Shown: positions 1 to 9,715, counted from the first letter of the stretch. The stretch: 43,120 bases of DNA from an uncultured bacterium (GCA_937907535.1 CALCID010000067.1:1-43120), one strand, 5' to 3'. Program-made: numbers and translations. Notes: generated from the letters alone by a model not told the origin.

Positions 1-767
1 CGTTCGGCCGTGACAAGGCCGGCAACCGGACGAACACGCTCACGCGCACGGTCCTGCGGGACACGGAGACGCCGGTGTTCGGCAACATCATCGTCCCGGT
101 CCAGGGCGAGTACAAGGGCGGTGAGCCGCTCGCGTTCAGCGTGCTCGCGCGGGACAACGTGGACCTGCTGGCGCACAGCTTCCGGCTGATCTACAACGGG
201 ATCGCCATTCCGTTCGGCCCGTTCGTGGTGATCGGCGATGGCGTCGGCTTTAACGCCGACCGGACCACGGAGGCCACCCTCGAGGCGAACTATCCGTACA
301 TGCGGACGGTCGAGCCCGTGGATGGCGCGGACGCTCCGTCCGGCACGCTGGTCAAGCCGCGGGCCGCGGCCTGGTACGTGGTCGACGTGGCTGGCAACAT
401 CGCGTACACGGAACAGGCGCTGGCGGACCTGACGATGGAGGATGGCGTCTCGGCGACTACGTTCGGCGTGACGACCTTCACCGTGGAGCTGAACGGCAGC
501 ACGCTGTCGGCGCGTGCCCACGGCAACACGGGCAACTGGGCCAACCCGTACGCGGTGGTCCACTTCTACGCGGTCGACGGGGATGGCATCGTCCAGTACG
601 TCGGCTCGGCCACGGGGGCCACGCTGGGCGATGACGGCGGGAACCGGACGTACACGTGGAAGGTCACGTACAACGCGGCCAACTTCACGGCTCCGGTCGC
701 CAACCTGTTCGCGATCGCGGTGACGTCGGCCGGCGACGGCCTCATGAGCGCACGGATCACGCCCTGA
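1..767 (+). CDS. C-terminal fragment of a larger secreted/surface-type protein (5' end lies upstream of the window)
   Basis: The ORF frame is open from nt 3 with no stop before the track's GTG at 75 and continues to the stop at 767. The product is Gly/Thr/Ala-rich, consistent with a beta-rich extracellular domain. No family assignment was possible. Confidence 0.45.
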   Translation, partial: FGRDKAGNRTNTLTRTVLRDTETPVFGNIIVPVQGEYKGGEPLAFSVLARDNVDLLAHSFRLIYNGIAIPFGPFVVIGDGVGFNADRTTEATLEANYPYMRTVEPVDGADAPSGTLVKPRAAAWYVVDVAGNIAYTEQALADLTMEDGVSATTFGVTTFTVELNGSTLSARAHGNTGNWANPYAVVHFYAVDGDGIVQYVGSATGATLGDDGGNRTYTWKVTYNAANFTAPVANLFAIAVTSAGDGLMSARITP

Positions 768-801
768 GTGGAGTGATCCCGCCCACGGAGCCGTGAGACG
801 G

Positions 802-837
802 GGGCCCCGCCGCAAGGCGGGGCCCTTCGTCATTTTC
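802..837 (+). terminator. Rho-independent terminator-like hairpin (GGGCCCCGCC gcaa GGCGGGGCCC) followed by a T-rich tract
   Basis: A 10-bp perfect GC stem with a GNRA-like loop is followed directly by TTCGTCATTTTC. It lies 35 nt downstream of the stop at 767. Confidence 0.5.
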
Positions 838-1056
838 GGGTGGCCTGGTGATGCGAGACTGCCGGGGGCGCCTCATGATCGACCGGGCCTGACCGTGCGG
901 CGAGGTGCCCGGCGAAGGAGGGTGTCGGCCTGGAGGCGGGAGACGGGCTAGCGCGGTCGGATGGCCGGCGGGAGCGGGTGCGGGTGAACGGGCGGTGGTC
1001 GCGCGCTCGCTCGGCTGAGCCCGGTGATGTCGAGACGCCGGTCGCGGGGCTCTATT

Positions 1057-1782
1057 TCAAGCGCAGGCCCGGGCGAGGTCGTCGGGGGTTTCGGCGATGA
1101 GCGCGCCGAGGGCCGCGGCCCGTTCGACGAAGGCGGCCCGGCGGTCGGGGTCGCGCCGGGACCAGAGCACGGCCACAGGGACGACGCCGGCGTCGACTGC
1201 GGCGAGGATGTCGGTGATGCTGTCACCGGCGTAGATGGCGTGCTCCGGCGGGACCCGGAGGGATTGGAGGGCGAGGCGGATGCCGGAAGGGTCGGGCTTG
1301 GGGGCGGGGACGTCGTCGTCCATGACGAGGGCGTCGAAGGGGCCGAGGGGCGCGTGGGCGGTGGTGATCTCCCAGGCGCGGCGGCTCTTGCCGGTGACGA
1401 TGCCGAGGGGCCGGCCGGCGGCGCGGAGCCGCTGGAGGAGCTCCGGCACGCCGTCGTAGATCCCGCCGAAGAGGGTGGGGTGGAGCGCCTCGTAGTGGCG
1501 GTAAAAGTGCTCGAAGCAATCGGCGAGCGCCGCGGCCCCGACCTGGCTCTGGAAGAGGCGGATCTCGGAGCGGGGCTCGAGGGCGAGGATCTCGGCGTCG
1601 GAGAGGGCGCGGCCGAGGAAGGGCACGAGGGCCCGGCGGTAGGCCTCGAGGTAGAGGTCCCGGGTCCGGATCAGGGTACCGTCCAGGTCGAAGAGCACGG
1701 CCGCGGGCGGCGCGTCGTTGCCGAGGCGGGCGCGGAGCTCACGGGCGAAGTCGCTCATTCCTTGCGTTGCCAGGGGATTCAT
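1057..1782 (-). CDS. HAD-superfamily hydrolase (phosphoglycolate phosphatase-like)
   Basis: The 241-aa ORF carries the N-terminal motif LFDLDGTLIRT (DxDGT, HAD motif I), a later GxVTGK and GDSxTD-like motifs. There is an ATG at 1782. Confidence 0.8.
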   Translation of the reverse strand: MNPLATQGMSDFARELRARLGNDAPPAAVLFDLDGTLIRTRDLYLEAYRRALVPFLGRALSDAEILALEPRSEIRLFQSQVGAAALADCFEHFYRHYEALHPTLFGGIYDGVPELLQRLRAAGRPLGIVTGKSRRAWEITTAHAPLGPFDALVMDDDVPAPKPDPSGIRLALQSLRVPPEHAIYAGDSITDILAAVDAGVVPVAVLWSRRDPDRRAAFVERAAALGALIAETPDDLARACA

Positions 1783-2063
1783 CGTGCGCGGGCGCCCGAC
1801 GGAGTGCCGGGCGCAACGGATCGGATGTGTATACGCCGGACGGGGCCGTGCGGTCCGTGGCGGCAGGGAGGGAGTGGCGGCGGGCCGGTCGGCGGCCGCA
1901 TGGCTCGCGCCGCGGTCGTGCGTGAACGGTCGGGCCGGGGACCCGGCGCGGCCTGCGGGGCGTGCCGGGAGCGGCGCCGTCGTTGGCGCGGGAGCGAACG
2001 CGCGGGGCGCGCGGCCGGCCCGTGGGACCCGGGCGGAACCGGGGATGCGAACAGGCGACGATC

Positions 2064-3053
2064 ATGATCATCCGTGCGGAGTCGCTGACGAAGCACTATC
2101 GGGTGAAGGTCAGGGATCCCGGCCTCCGGGGGGCGCTCCGGTCGGTCTTCCGGCCGCGGTACCGGGAGGTGGTGGCGGTGGAGTCGGTCACGTTCGGGAT
2201 CCGGGAGGGGGAGATCGTGGGGTTCCTGGGCCCGAACGGGGCGGGGAAGACCACGATGATCAAGATGCTGGCGGGTCTCCTGTACCCGACCCGGGGCCGG
2301 GCGGTCGTGGCGGGCTACGACCCTTGGACGGGGGGCGCGGCGTTCCGGAGCCGGTTCGCGCTGGTGCTGGGGAACAAGCAGCAGCTGGTGTGGGACCTGC
2401 CGCCGGAGGAGACATTCCTGCTGAACCGGGCGATCTACGCGGTATCGTGGCCGGACTACCGGCGCCGGGTGGACGAGCTGGTGGGGCTGCTGCGGCTGGA
2501 GGATGTGCTGGGGAAGCCGGTGCGGCAGCTCTCGCAGGGGGAGCGGATGAAGTGCGAGCTGGCGGCGGCGCTGATCCATCATCCGCGGATCCTGTTCCTG
2601 GACGAGCCGACGCTGGGGCTGGACATCACGGCGCAGGAGACGATCCGGGCGTTCGTGCGGGACTACCGGGACAGGACCGGGGCGACCGTGCTGCTGACGT
2701 CCCATTACATGGCGGACGTGACGGCGCTGGCGGACCGGGTGCTGATCATCAACCACGGCCGGCTGCTGTACGATGGGGCGCTGGGCGCGCTGGCGGAGCG
2801 GATCGCGCCGGTGAAGCGGGTGGAGCTGACGTTTTCCCGGGAGGTGGCGGGGGCGGAGGTGGAGCGGTTCGGCGTGGTGCGGAGCCGGGAGCCGCGGCGG
2901 GCGACGCTGGAGGTGCCGCGGGACGGGGTGGCGCAGGTGAGCGGCCGGCTGTTGTCGGAGCTGCCGGTGGCGGATCTCACGATCAGCGACCCGCCGATCG
3001 AGGAGGTGATCGGGCGGGTGTTCGCGGGCGAGACGGGCGCGGGGGCGCCGTGA
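2064..3053 (+). CDS. ABC transporter ATP-binding protein (ABC-2 / COG4586-like)
   Basis: Walker A GPNGAGKTT, ABC signature LSQGERMK and Walker B ILFLDEPT are all present. The start is the ATG at 2064 (MIIRAESLTKHY); the upstream part of the ORF-track frame is low-complexity. Confidence 0.85.
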   Translation: MIIRAESLTKHYRVKVRDPGLRGALRSVFRPRYREVVAVESVTFGIREGEIVGFLGPNGAGKTTMIKMLAGLLYPTRGRAVVAGYDPWTGGAAFRSRFALVLGNKQQLVWDLPPEETFLLNRAIYAVSWPDYRRRVDELVGLLRLEDVLGKPVRQLSQGERMKCELAAALIHHPRILFLDEPTLGLDITAQETIRAFVRDYRDRTGATVLLTSHYMADVTALADRVLIINHGRLLYDGALGALAERIAPVKRVELTFSREVAGAEVERFGVVRSREPRRATLEVPRDGVAQVSGRLLSELPVADLTISDPPIEEVIGRVFAGETGAGAP

Positions 3054-3187
3054 GCGGGCCGGGAACGCGGGAGCGGCCGGGGCCGGGGCCCGATGGAAGC
3101 GCCGATCCCCGGGAGGGACGAAGCGGGAGCGGCCAGGGCCTGACGTGGGCAGCGGACGGTGGTGGGCGCGCACCGCGGGAGGGGTGG

Positions 3188-3979
3188 GTGCGGCGGTACC
3201 TGGCGCTCATGCGGGTGGGGTGGCTGGTGGATCTGCAGTACCGGGCGGCGATCGTGATCTGGCTGGTGCTGGGGGCCGCGCAGCCGCTGGTGTCGCTGGC
3301 GATCTGGTGGGTGGTGGCGGGGGGCGGGGAGGTGGGCGGGTTCGGGCGTGCGGATTTCGCGCGCTACTTCTTCGCGCTGATGCTGGTGGACCAGCTCACG
3401 CTGGCGTGGGACGTGTGGTACATCGACCGGTGGATCCGGGAAGGGGAGATGAACTTCCGGCTGGCGCGGCCGCTGGACCCGATCCACGAGGCGATCGCGG
3501 ACAACCTGGCGTACAAGGCGAAGTCGGCGGCGCTGACGGCGGGGGTCTGGGCGGTGACGGCGGTGTTCTGGCCGGCGGTGCGGCTGCCGTTCGAACCGGC
3601 GCAGTGGCTGCTGGCGGGGATGGCGGTGGTGCCGGCGATGGCGATCCGGTTCTTGAGCACGTACGTGAACGGGCTGCTGGCGTTCTGGACCACGCGGGCG
3701 ACGGCGATCGCGGAGCTGCAATACGGGCTGTCGCTATTCCTGTCGGGGCGGATCGCGCCGCTCTCGCTGCTCCCGCCGGTGGTGACGGCGGCGGCGGGGG
3801 TGCTGTGGTTCCCGTACATGCTGGCGTTCCCGGTGGAGGTGCTGACCGGGCAGGTTACGGCGGGGCCGGAGTATCTGCGGGGGCTGGGGTGGCAGCTCCT
3901 GTGGGTGGGGATCTGGCTGGGGCTGTACCGGGTCGTGTGGGTCCGGGGCCGGCGGCACTACGGCGCGGTGGGAGGGTGA
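3188..3979 (+). CDS. ABC-2 family transporter permease (COG4587-like, multi-pass membrane)
   Basis: A hydrophobic multi-helix product follows the ATPase. A GTG at 3188 is preceded by GGAGG at 3177-3181. An alternative GTG at 3050 would overlap the ATPase stop as GTGA. The Gly-rich upstream portion of the long ORF-track frame is unlikely to be coding. Confidence 0.65.
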   Translation: MRRYLALMRVGWLVDLQYRAAIVIWLVLGAAQPLVSLAIWWVVAGGGEVGGFGRADFARYFFALMLVDQLTLAWDVWYIDRWIREGEMNFRLARPLDPIHEAIADNLAYKAKSAALTAGVWAVTAVFWPAVRLPFEPAQWLLAGMAVVPAMAIRFLSTYVNGLLAFWTTRATAIAELQYGLSLFLSGRIAPLSLLPPVVTAAAGVLWFPYMLAFPVEVLTGQVTAGPEYLRGLGWQLLWVGIWLGLYRVVWVRGRRHYGAVGG

Positions 3980-3982
3980 GCG

Positions 3983-4828
3983 ATGAGGGTGGAGGCGACG
4001 ACGTCGCGTCAGCCCCCCTCGCCCCGGGGCGTGTCCCGGCTCCGGCGGCTGGCCGCGGTGCTGCGGGCGTTCTGGGCGGTGAACCTTGCGGAGGAGCTGC
4101 AGTACCGGGCGAACCTGCTGGCGAGCGTGGTGGGCACGGGTTTCTGGCTGGGGACGGCGGTGCTCACGGCGGCGGTCTTCTTCCGGCAGACGCCGGCGCT
4201 GGGCGGGTGGAGCTTCTGGCAGGTGGTGGCGCTCCTGGGCGTGTTCAACGCGGTGGCGGGCGTGGTGGAGGCGGTGCTCCGGCCGAACGTGGGGCGGATC
4301 GTGGAGCACGTGCGGCGGGGGACGATGGACCTGATCCTGTCGAAGCCGGTGGACGCGCAGTTCCAGGTCACGTTCCGGCGGATCGTGATCTGGCGGGGCG
4401 TGGACATCGTGCTGGGGCTGGGGCTCACGGCCGCGGCGCTGGTGATCGGCGGGCGCTGGCCGGGGATCGTGGAGGTCGTGGCGTTCGTGGTGGCGCTGGC
4501 CGCGGCGGTGGCGATCGCGTACGCGATCTGGCTCGGGCTCATGAGCCTGGCGTTCTGGTTCGTGGCGGTGGAGAACCTTTCGATCCTGTTCGACGCGCTG
4601 TACGAGTCCGCGCGCTTCCCGGTGACGGCGTACCCGGGCGCGATCCGGTTCGTGCTCACGTACCTGGTGCCGATGGCGTGGATCACGACGGTCCCGGCGG
4701 GGGCGTTGACGGGGCGGGTGGGCCCGGGGTTCGCGCTGGTGTCGGCGCTGGTCGCGGCGGCGGCGCTGGCGCTCACGCGGCTCCTGTGGCGGGTGGCGCT
4801 GCGGCGGTACACGAGCGCCGGGGGCTGA
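3983..4828 (+). CDS. ABC-2 family transporter permease (COG3694-like), second permease of the trio
   Basis: An ATG at 3983 is preceded by GGAGGG at 3971-3976. The product has 6 or more predicted TM helices and sits 4 nt after the previous stop, indicating an operon. Confidence 0.75.
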   Translation: MRVEATTSRQPPSPRGVSRLRRLAAVLRAFWAVNLAEELQYRANLLASVVGTGFWLGTAVLTAAVFFRQTPALGGWSFWQVVALLGVFNAVAGVVEAVLRPNVGRIVEHVRRGTMDLILSKPVDAQFQVTFRRIVIWRGVDIVLGLGLTAAALVIGGRWPGIVEVVAFVVALAAAVAIAYAIWLGLMSLAFWFVAVENLSILFDALYESARFPVTAYPGAIRFVLTYLVPMAWITTVPAGALTGRVGPGFALVSALVAAAALALTRLLWRVALRRYTSAGG

Positions 4829-4946
4829 GGGTCGCCGGGCGACGTCGTCCGGAGCTTGCCCCGTCTCGCGCCGGAACCTTACCTTGCGCGGCAAACCCCG
4901 TGGACAGGTGGTCGAGGCGGCGCATCTGCCGCCCGGGAGGATGCCC

Positions 4947-5351
4947 ATGTCCGATCCCGTGCTCCCGCCCTTGCGGGCGGTGTTCCGCGCGATCGCGCGG
5001 ACGGTGGTGCCGGAAGCCGCGGCGCTGGACGGCGCGGCGTGGGACGAGCTGGAGCGGATCGTGGAGCGAGCGCTGGCGGCGAGGCCGCCGAAGCTGCGGC
5101 GCCAGCTCGGGCTGCTCATCCGGATGATCGACGTGCTGGCGGTGCTGCGGCACGGCCGTCGGTTCGCGGCGCTGGACGACGGTCGCCGGGCGCGGCTGCT
5201 CGGCGCGCTCCAGGACTCCCGGTTGCTCCTGCTGCGGCGGGGTATCTGGGGGCTCCGGACGCTGGTGTTCATGGGCTACTACGCCCGGCCGGCCGCGGCC
5301 GAGGCGATCGGGTACCGTGCGGACCCCGCGGGGTGGGAGGCGCGGCGATGA
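4947..5351 (+). CDS. Small partner subunit of a GMC oxidoreductase (gluconate 2-dehydrogenase subunit 3-like family)
   Basis: About 134 aa. The ATG at 4947 lies 6 nt after GGAGG; the ATG at 4941 is an alternative. Its stop overlaps the downstream GMC gene start as ATGA. A small subunit followed by a GMC flavoprotein is the typical arrangement for this family. Assignment is by context plus weak sequence memory. Confidence 0.5.
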   Translation: MSDPVLPPLRAVFRAIARTVVPEAAALDGAAWDELERIVERALAARPPKLRRQLGLLIRMIDVLAVLRHGRRFAALDDGRRARLLGALQDSRLLLLRRGIWGLRTLVFMGYYARPAAAEAIGYRADPAGWEARR

Positions 5352-6877
5352 TCGAGAAGTCGTACGACGTGGTGATCATCGGCTCCGGCGCGGGCGGCGG
5401 GACGGTGGCGCAGGCGCTGGGCCCGCTGGCCCGGGACGGGCTGCGGGTGCTGGTGGTCGAGCAAGGTCCGCGGCTCCAGGACCACGAATTCACCGGCCGG
5501 GAGCTGGACATGGCGGACTCCCTGTACGAGGACGGCGGCGGGTTCCTGACCGCGGACGGGACGATGACGCTGGCGTTCGGGCGGGTGTACGGGGGGTCGA
5601 CGGTGGTGTACACGGGCACGTCGCTGATCGCGCCGGAGCGGGTGATCCGTCGCTGGGGCGTGCCGGGGCTGTCGTACGAGGACATCGAGCGCCGGTCCCG
5701 CAAGTACATGGCGGAGAACAACGTGCACCTGCTCGGCCCGGAGGGGATCAACGAGAACAACCGGCTGTTCGTGGAGGGCGCGCGGCGGGCCGGCTACCCC
5801 GCCGAGCAGTTCCCGGTGAACGTGAAGGGGTGCAAGGGGTCGTCGCTCTGCAACCTGGGGTGCCCGAACGGGGCGAAGCAGGGGACGAACCGGGTGCAGC
5901 TGCCGAACGCGGAGCGGATGGGGGTGGAGGTGGTGACCCGGGCGGAGGCGCTCCGGATCGAGGAGCGGGCGGTGGTGGTGCGGGTCACGGAGCGGCCGCC
6001 GGGCGGGAAGGGGCTGCCGTCGGAGTGGGCGCCGGGCGAGTACCGGATCCGTGCGGGGACGGTCGTGGTGTCGGCGGGCGCGGTCGGCTCGCCGGCGCTG
6101 CTCCTCCGTTCCGGGGTCGGGCGGATGCTGCCGCGGCTGGGGCAGGGCTTCACCTGCCATCCGGCGCACATCCTGGTGGCGGAGCATCCGCGGGAGATCA
6201 CGAACGACGTGGGTCACCCGAAGAGCTACTACGTGGACCGGGCGGAGGAGGAGGGGTACGTCCTGGAGACGTGCATGTACTTCCCGTTCACGACGGCGAA
6301 GAACATGACCGGGTTCGGGGCGGAGCACAGCCGGTTCATGCGTGCGTTCCCGCGGCTCCAGATGATCCTGGTGCTGGCGGTGGACGAGGCGGTGCCGGAG
6401 AACCGGGTGACGGTGGACCGGGCGGGGCGTCCGGTGGTGCACTACACGTTCACGGCGGAGACGATCGAGCGGCTGGTGCGGGGGACGCGTGCGTCGGCGA
6501 AGATCTTCTTCGGCGCGGGCGCGGTGCGGGTGCACGCGCCGTCGGCGGATCCGACGACGATCGAGGCGGCGGACGCGGGGCGGGTGGACGCGCTCATCTC
6601 GTCGCGGCACTTCAAGCCGGGGAAGGTCTCGGTGTCCGCGGCCCACCTCATGGGCGGGTGCGCCATGGGGCGGGACGCCCGGGACTCGGTGACGGACGCG
6701 TGGGGTCGGGTGCACGGCGTGCCGTGGCTGCGGGTGGCGGACGCGAGCCTCTTCCCGAACGCGCTGGCGATCAACCCGTACCTCACGATCATGGCGCTGG
6801 CGGACCGGGTGGCGGAGGGGCTGCGGGCGGAGCTGGGCGCGCCGGCGGCGGAGGCCGCGCCGGGCGGCGTTTCGTAG
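5348..6877 (+). CDS. GMC-family FAD-dependent oxidoreductase (choline/gluconate dehydrogenase-like)
   Basis: The N-terminal Rossmann motif DVVIIGSGAGGG is present, the length is ~510 aa, and there is a C-terminal GMC-like region with HxxGGCxMG and NP motifs. The ATG at 5348 overlaps the upstream stop. Confidence 0.85.
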   Translation: MIEKSYDVVIIGSGAGGGTVAQALGPLARDGLRVLVVEQGPRLQDHEFTGRELDMADSLYEDGGGFLTADGTMTLAFGRVYGGSTVVYTGTSLIAPERVIRRWGVPGLSYEDIERRSRKYMAENNVHLLGPEGINENNRLFVEGARRAGYPAEQFPVNVKGCKGSSLCNLGCPNGAKQGTNRVQLPNAERMGVEVVTRAEALRIEERAVVVRVTERPPGGKGLPSEWAPGEYRIRAGTVVVSAGAVGSPALLLRSGVGRMLPRLGQGFTCHPAHILVAEHPREITNDVGHPKSYYVDRAEEEGYVLETCMYFPFTTAKNMTGFGAEHSRFMRAFPRLQMILVLAVDEAVPENRVTVDRAGRPVVHYTFTAETIERLVRGTRASAKIFFGAGAVRVHAPSADPTTIEAADAGRVDALISSRHFKPGKVSVSAAHLMGGCAMGRDARDSVTDAWGRVHGVPWLRVADASLFPNALAINPYLTIMALADRVAEGLRAELGAPAAEAAPGGVS

Positions 6878-6912
6878 TCCGATCGGCCCGGACGCGGTTC
6901 CCGGGCGTCAGG

Positions 6913-6962
6913 AGGCCCTGCCGGGGCGGCCGGTGCGCGCCGGAGCCCGGGCAGGGCCTTTC
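6913..6962. terminator. Long GC hairpin (AGGCCCTGCCGGG ... CCCGGGCAGGGCCT) between convergent genes, a candidate bidirectional terminator
   Basis: A 13-bp inverted repeat with a ~21-nt loop is followed by TTT. It sits between the convergent GMC (+) and M20 peptidase (-) genes. Confidence 0.35.
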
Positions 6963-7030
6963 CGTCGGTCGTGCCGCGCGGGCGCCGGGGAGCGGGTGCC
7001 GGGCCCCGCCGACCGCCCGGGGCGGCCGGG

Positions 7031-8380
7031 CTACTCGGAGCTGGATGCGCCGGGGAGCCCGGCCTCGGCGAGCAGGATCAGGAGCGCCTGCTGGATGGCC
7101 CGGGGGCCGTCCCGGTTGATCCACCACTCGCCCGGCGCGTGGCCCTCGCCGCCGATCCCGCCCCGCCCGATCGTGATGGCGGGGATCCCGAGGGCGATCG
7201 GGATGTTCGCGTCGGTGGACGAGCGGCCGAGCCGGGGCTCGTTGCCGTTGAGGAGCACGGCGGCCATGGCTCGCCGGAGGAGCGGCGCGTCCGTGGGCGT
7301 CTCGCCGGACGGGCGGTCGCCGATCAGCTCGACCTCCATCTCGAGGGGCGGGCCGTGGCGGTGCATGGTGTTCTGCTCCGCCAGGGCGCGGTCCATGGCA
7401 TGGCGGAAGATGGAGTCAATGGCCGCGAGCGCCGTGGGCGACTCGGAGCGCATGTCGACCTCCATCCAGCTCTCGAAGGGGATGGAGTTGACGGAGGTCC
7501 CGCCGCCGATGCGGCCCACGTTGTAGCTGGTGCGCGGGCCGGTGGCGGTGAAGCGGGCGGCCTCCTCGTCGAAGAGGCGTATGGCGCGGCCGAGGGCGTG
7601 GATCGGGTTCGCGGTGCCGAACGCGCCCCAGGAGTGGCCGCCGGGGCCCTTGAAGGCCACGCGGTAGCGGCGGGACCCGAGCGCCTGGTGGGTGATGGCA
7701 TCGTCCTCGCCGCCGTCGACGGCGATGAACGCGTCGATGCGGGGCCCGCCCTGGCGGAACAGGTATTTCACCCCGCGCAGGTCGCCGAGCCCCTCCTCGC
7801 CGACGGTGCCGATGAAGAGGAGATCGGCCCGGGTGCGGAGGTTCGCGGCGTTCATGGCGCGGAGGACGGTGAGCACGACCATGAGGCCGCGGGTGTCGTC
7901 GCCGATCCCGGGGGCGAAGAGGGTGTCCCCGCGCTGGCGGACGGTCACGTCCGTGCCCTCGGGGAAGACGGTGTCGAGGTGTCCGGCGAGGGCCACGGTG
8001 CGGTCGCCGGTGGTGCCACGCCGGAGGGCGATCACGTTCCCCTCCTCATCGATGTAGACGGTGTCCGCGCCGGCCTCCCGGAGCATCTCCGCGTACTTGC
8101 GGGCGCGGACCTCCTCCTTGAAGGGCGGCGCCGGGATCTCGGTCAGCGTAATGAGGTCCCGAATGGTGATGCTGTCCGTCTCCACGATGAACTCGAAGGC
8201 GCGGCGGACGTCCGGCCGTGCGGCGATGCGGCGGAGCTCATCGCAGTAGGGGTTGCGCGCGGCGTCGCATTGGGCCTTCGCGGCGGGCGGCGCGGGCGTG
8301 CCGGCGGGCGCCGGGGCGCACTCCGGGCAGCCGGCGAGCGGCCAGGCGAGGAACAGCGCGAGGTACGGCAGATTCAGCAT
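7031..8380 (-). CDS. M20-family metallopeptidase (peptidase T / tripeptide aminopeptidase-like), probable lipoprotein
   Basis: 449 aa. The N-terminal signal has a LAGC lipobox. M20 hallmarks are present: HLDTV, a GxxDD motif and GEEG. The ATG at 8380 has AGGAGG 5 nt upstream. Confidence 0.8.
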   Translation of the reverse strand: MLNLPYLALFLAWPLAGCPECAPAPAGTPAPPAAKAQCDAARNPYCDELRRIAARPDVRRAFEFIVETDSITIRDLITLTEIPAPPFKEEVRARKYAEMLREAGADTVYIDEEGNVIALRRGTTGDRTVALAGHLDTVFPEGTDVTVRQRGDTLFAPGIGDDTRGLMVVLTVLRAMNAANLRTRADLLFIGTVGEEGLGDLRGVKYLFRQGGPRIDAFIAVDGGEDDAITHQALGSRRYRVAFKGPGGHSWGAFGTANPIHALGRAIRLFDEEAARFTATGPRTSYNVGRIGGGTSVNSIPFESWMEVDMRSESPTALAAIDSIFRHAMDRALAEQNTMHRHGPPLEMEVELIGDRPSGETPTDAPLLRRAMAAVLLNGNEPRLGRSSTDANIPIALGIPAITIGRGGIGGEGHAPGEWWINRDGPRAIQQALLILLAEAGLPGASSSE

Positions 8381-8497
8381 TCACGCCTCCTGTCAGCGAT
8401 CGGCGGCAACTTCGCGGGCTCTGGCGGCGGGCGCAAGCCCGGCGGGTGGGTATCGGGGCGGGGCCCCGCTCCGCCCGCCGCGCCGCCGGGCGGATCG

Positions 8498-8932
8498 TCA
8501 CGCCTCGGGGATCGGGGCCTGGGAGAGCGGCGGGGTGGCGGCGGCGCGCTCGACCATCAGGGGAACCTCGGTCTTGAGGTCGTTGTCCACGAAGACGACG
8601 AAGTTGTACTCCCCGGTCTTCGCGAGGGTCAGGTTGTTGATGGTGATGATCTGGTTGCCGGAGACCGCCTGGCCGGGTCCGCCGCCGCGGGGGGTCAGCT
8701 CGCCCTTCAGCTCGAAGACCGCCTGGCCGTCCGGGTCGTGGAGCCGGATCTCGACCCAGTGCTGGCGGTCGCGCTCCGCCGGGTGCGCCCAGAGCTGGAG
8801 CACGAACTGCATCTGCGGGTGCACGGCGGGGAGCTCCGTGACGGTGATCCGGTCGAAGATGCCCATGATGTTGAGCTTCCCGTCGGCGGTCACGTTCGCG
8901 TAGTCCGCGAGCAGGGCGAGTTTGACTTGCAT
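8498..8932 (-). CDS. Hypothetical protein (144 aa, beta-rich, no recognised catalytic motif)
   Basis: A clean ORF with GGAG 8 nt upstream of the ATG at 8932, in an operon-like position upstream of the M20 peptidase. No family was confidently recognised. Confidence 0.55.
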   Translation of the reverse strand: MQVKLALLADYANVTADGKLNIMGIFDRITVTELPAVHPQMQFVLQLWAHPAERDRQHWVEIRLHDPDGQAVFELKGELTPRGGGPGQAVSGNQIITINNLTLAKTGEYNFVVFVDNDLKTEVPLMVERAAATPPLSQAPIPEA

Positions 8933-8955
8933 CGTGGTACTCCAGGGGTCAACGG

Positions 8956-9715
8956 TCAGCGCGCGGCGAAGCGGGAGAGCAGGTATCCGGCCGCGTCGGG
9001 GAACGAGGCCGCGCGCAGGTAGTCGTCGGACACGGGCTCATCCAGGTCGAACTCCCACGGGTCGCGGGATTCCACGAGGATGGCGCGGGCGCCCACCAGG
9101 AGCGCCGGGTTGATGTCGCTCCGGATGCTGTTGCCGATCATCCAGGCGCGGGCGGGCTCGGCCACGCGGTAGTGGGCGAGGGTGGCGCGGAACTCGTCCG
9201 GCGTCTTGCGGGAGCAGATCCGGATGCGGTCGGGCGGGAGCACGTCGAGCACGCCGGCCTCGCGGACGCACCGGAGCTGGTACTCGGGGTCGCCCGACTG
9301 GGTGTAGAGGACGGTGGGGAACGTGTCGGCCACGGCGCGGAGCGCGTCGAGTGCGCCGTCGATGGAGGGTGGCGGGCCGATCACGGCGCGGCCAAGCTCC
9401 TCGCACCGGCGCTCGATCTTCGGCTCGGGCGGGATGCCCGCGTCCCGGCAGAGGCGCCGGTAGGTCTCGCGGAACGAATGCTCGAGGCGGAACGGGCCGA
9501 GGCCGAAGCGCTCGATCATGCGGGGGTCGACCACCTCGTGGTGGATGTGCCGGGCGGTCCCGGGCTCGAATCCGATCTCCGCCAGGAGCTCGAAGAGGGC
9601 GCGCCTGGCGTTCTGGAAGCGCGGCGAGGTTTCGACGAGGGTGTCGTCGAAGTCGACGAGCAGGAGCTCGACGGCCGCCGGGGTTCCGGGGGATGACGTC
9701 GAATTCGGCGTTCGC
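8956..9715 (-). CDS. HAD-superfamily hydrolase
   Basis: LLLVDFDDTLVET (DxDxT motif I) follows the chosen ATG at 9715, which has an AGGA RBS. The longer ORF-track N-terminus is Ser/Arg low-complexity and is probably not translated. Confidence 0.65.

Noticed and set aside
1779-3173. Very long ORFs in the track antisense to or overlapping annotated genes (e.g. 1779-3173 minus, 3734-5272 minus, 5279-6715 minus, 9798-11330 minus, 15998-17548 minus, 22851-24791 minus, the 5' 750 codons of 27870-31091 minus, and 1024-2067, 3145-5127, 5317-7119, 6971-9022, 9788-11809, 16150-17952 plus)
   Set aside because: Their products are Arg/Pro/Gly/Ala low-complexity sequences typical of stop-codon-poor alternative frames in ~70% GC DNA. 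Each overlaps a gene with clear family motifs in another frame.
3050-3187. Permease start at the GTG at 3050 (GTGA overlap with the ATPase stop), giving a 46-aa Gly/Arg-rich N-terminal extension
   Set aside because: The extension is low-complexity, and a GGAGG RBS precedes the GTG at 3188. It is kept as an alternative only.
8381-8497. 12-nt perfect palindrome GCGGGGCCCCGC as a terminator for the 8498-8932 gene
   Set aside because: The stem is short, there is no flanking T-run, and it is GC-generic in this genome.
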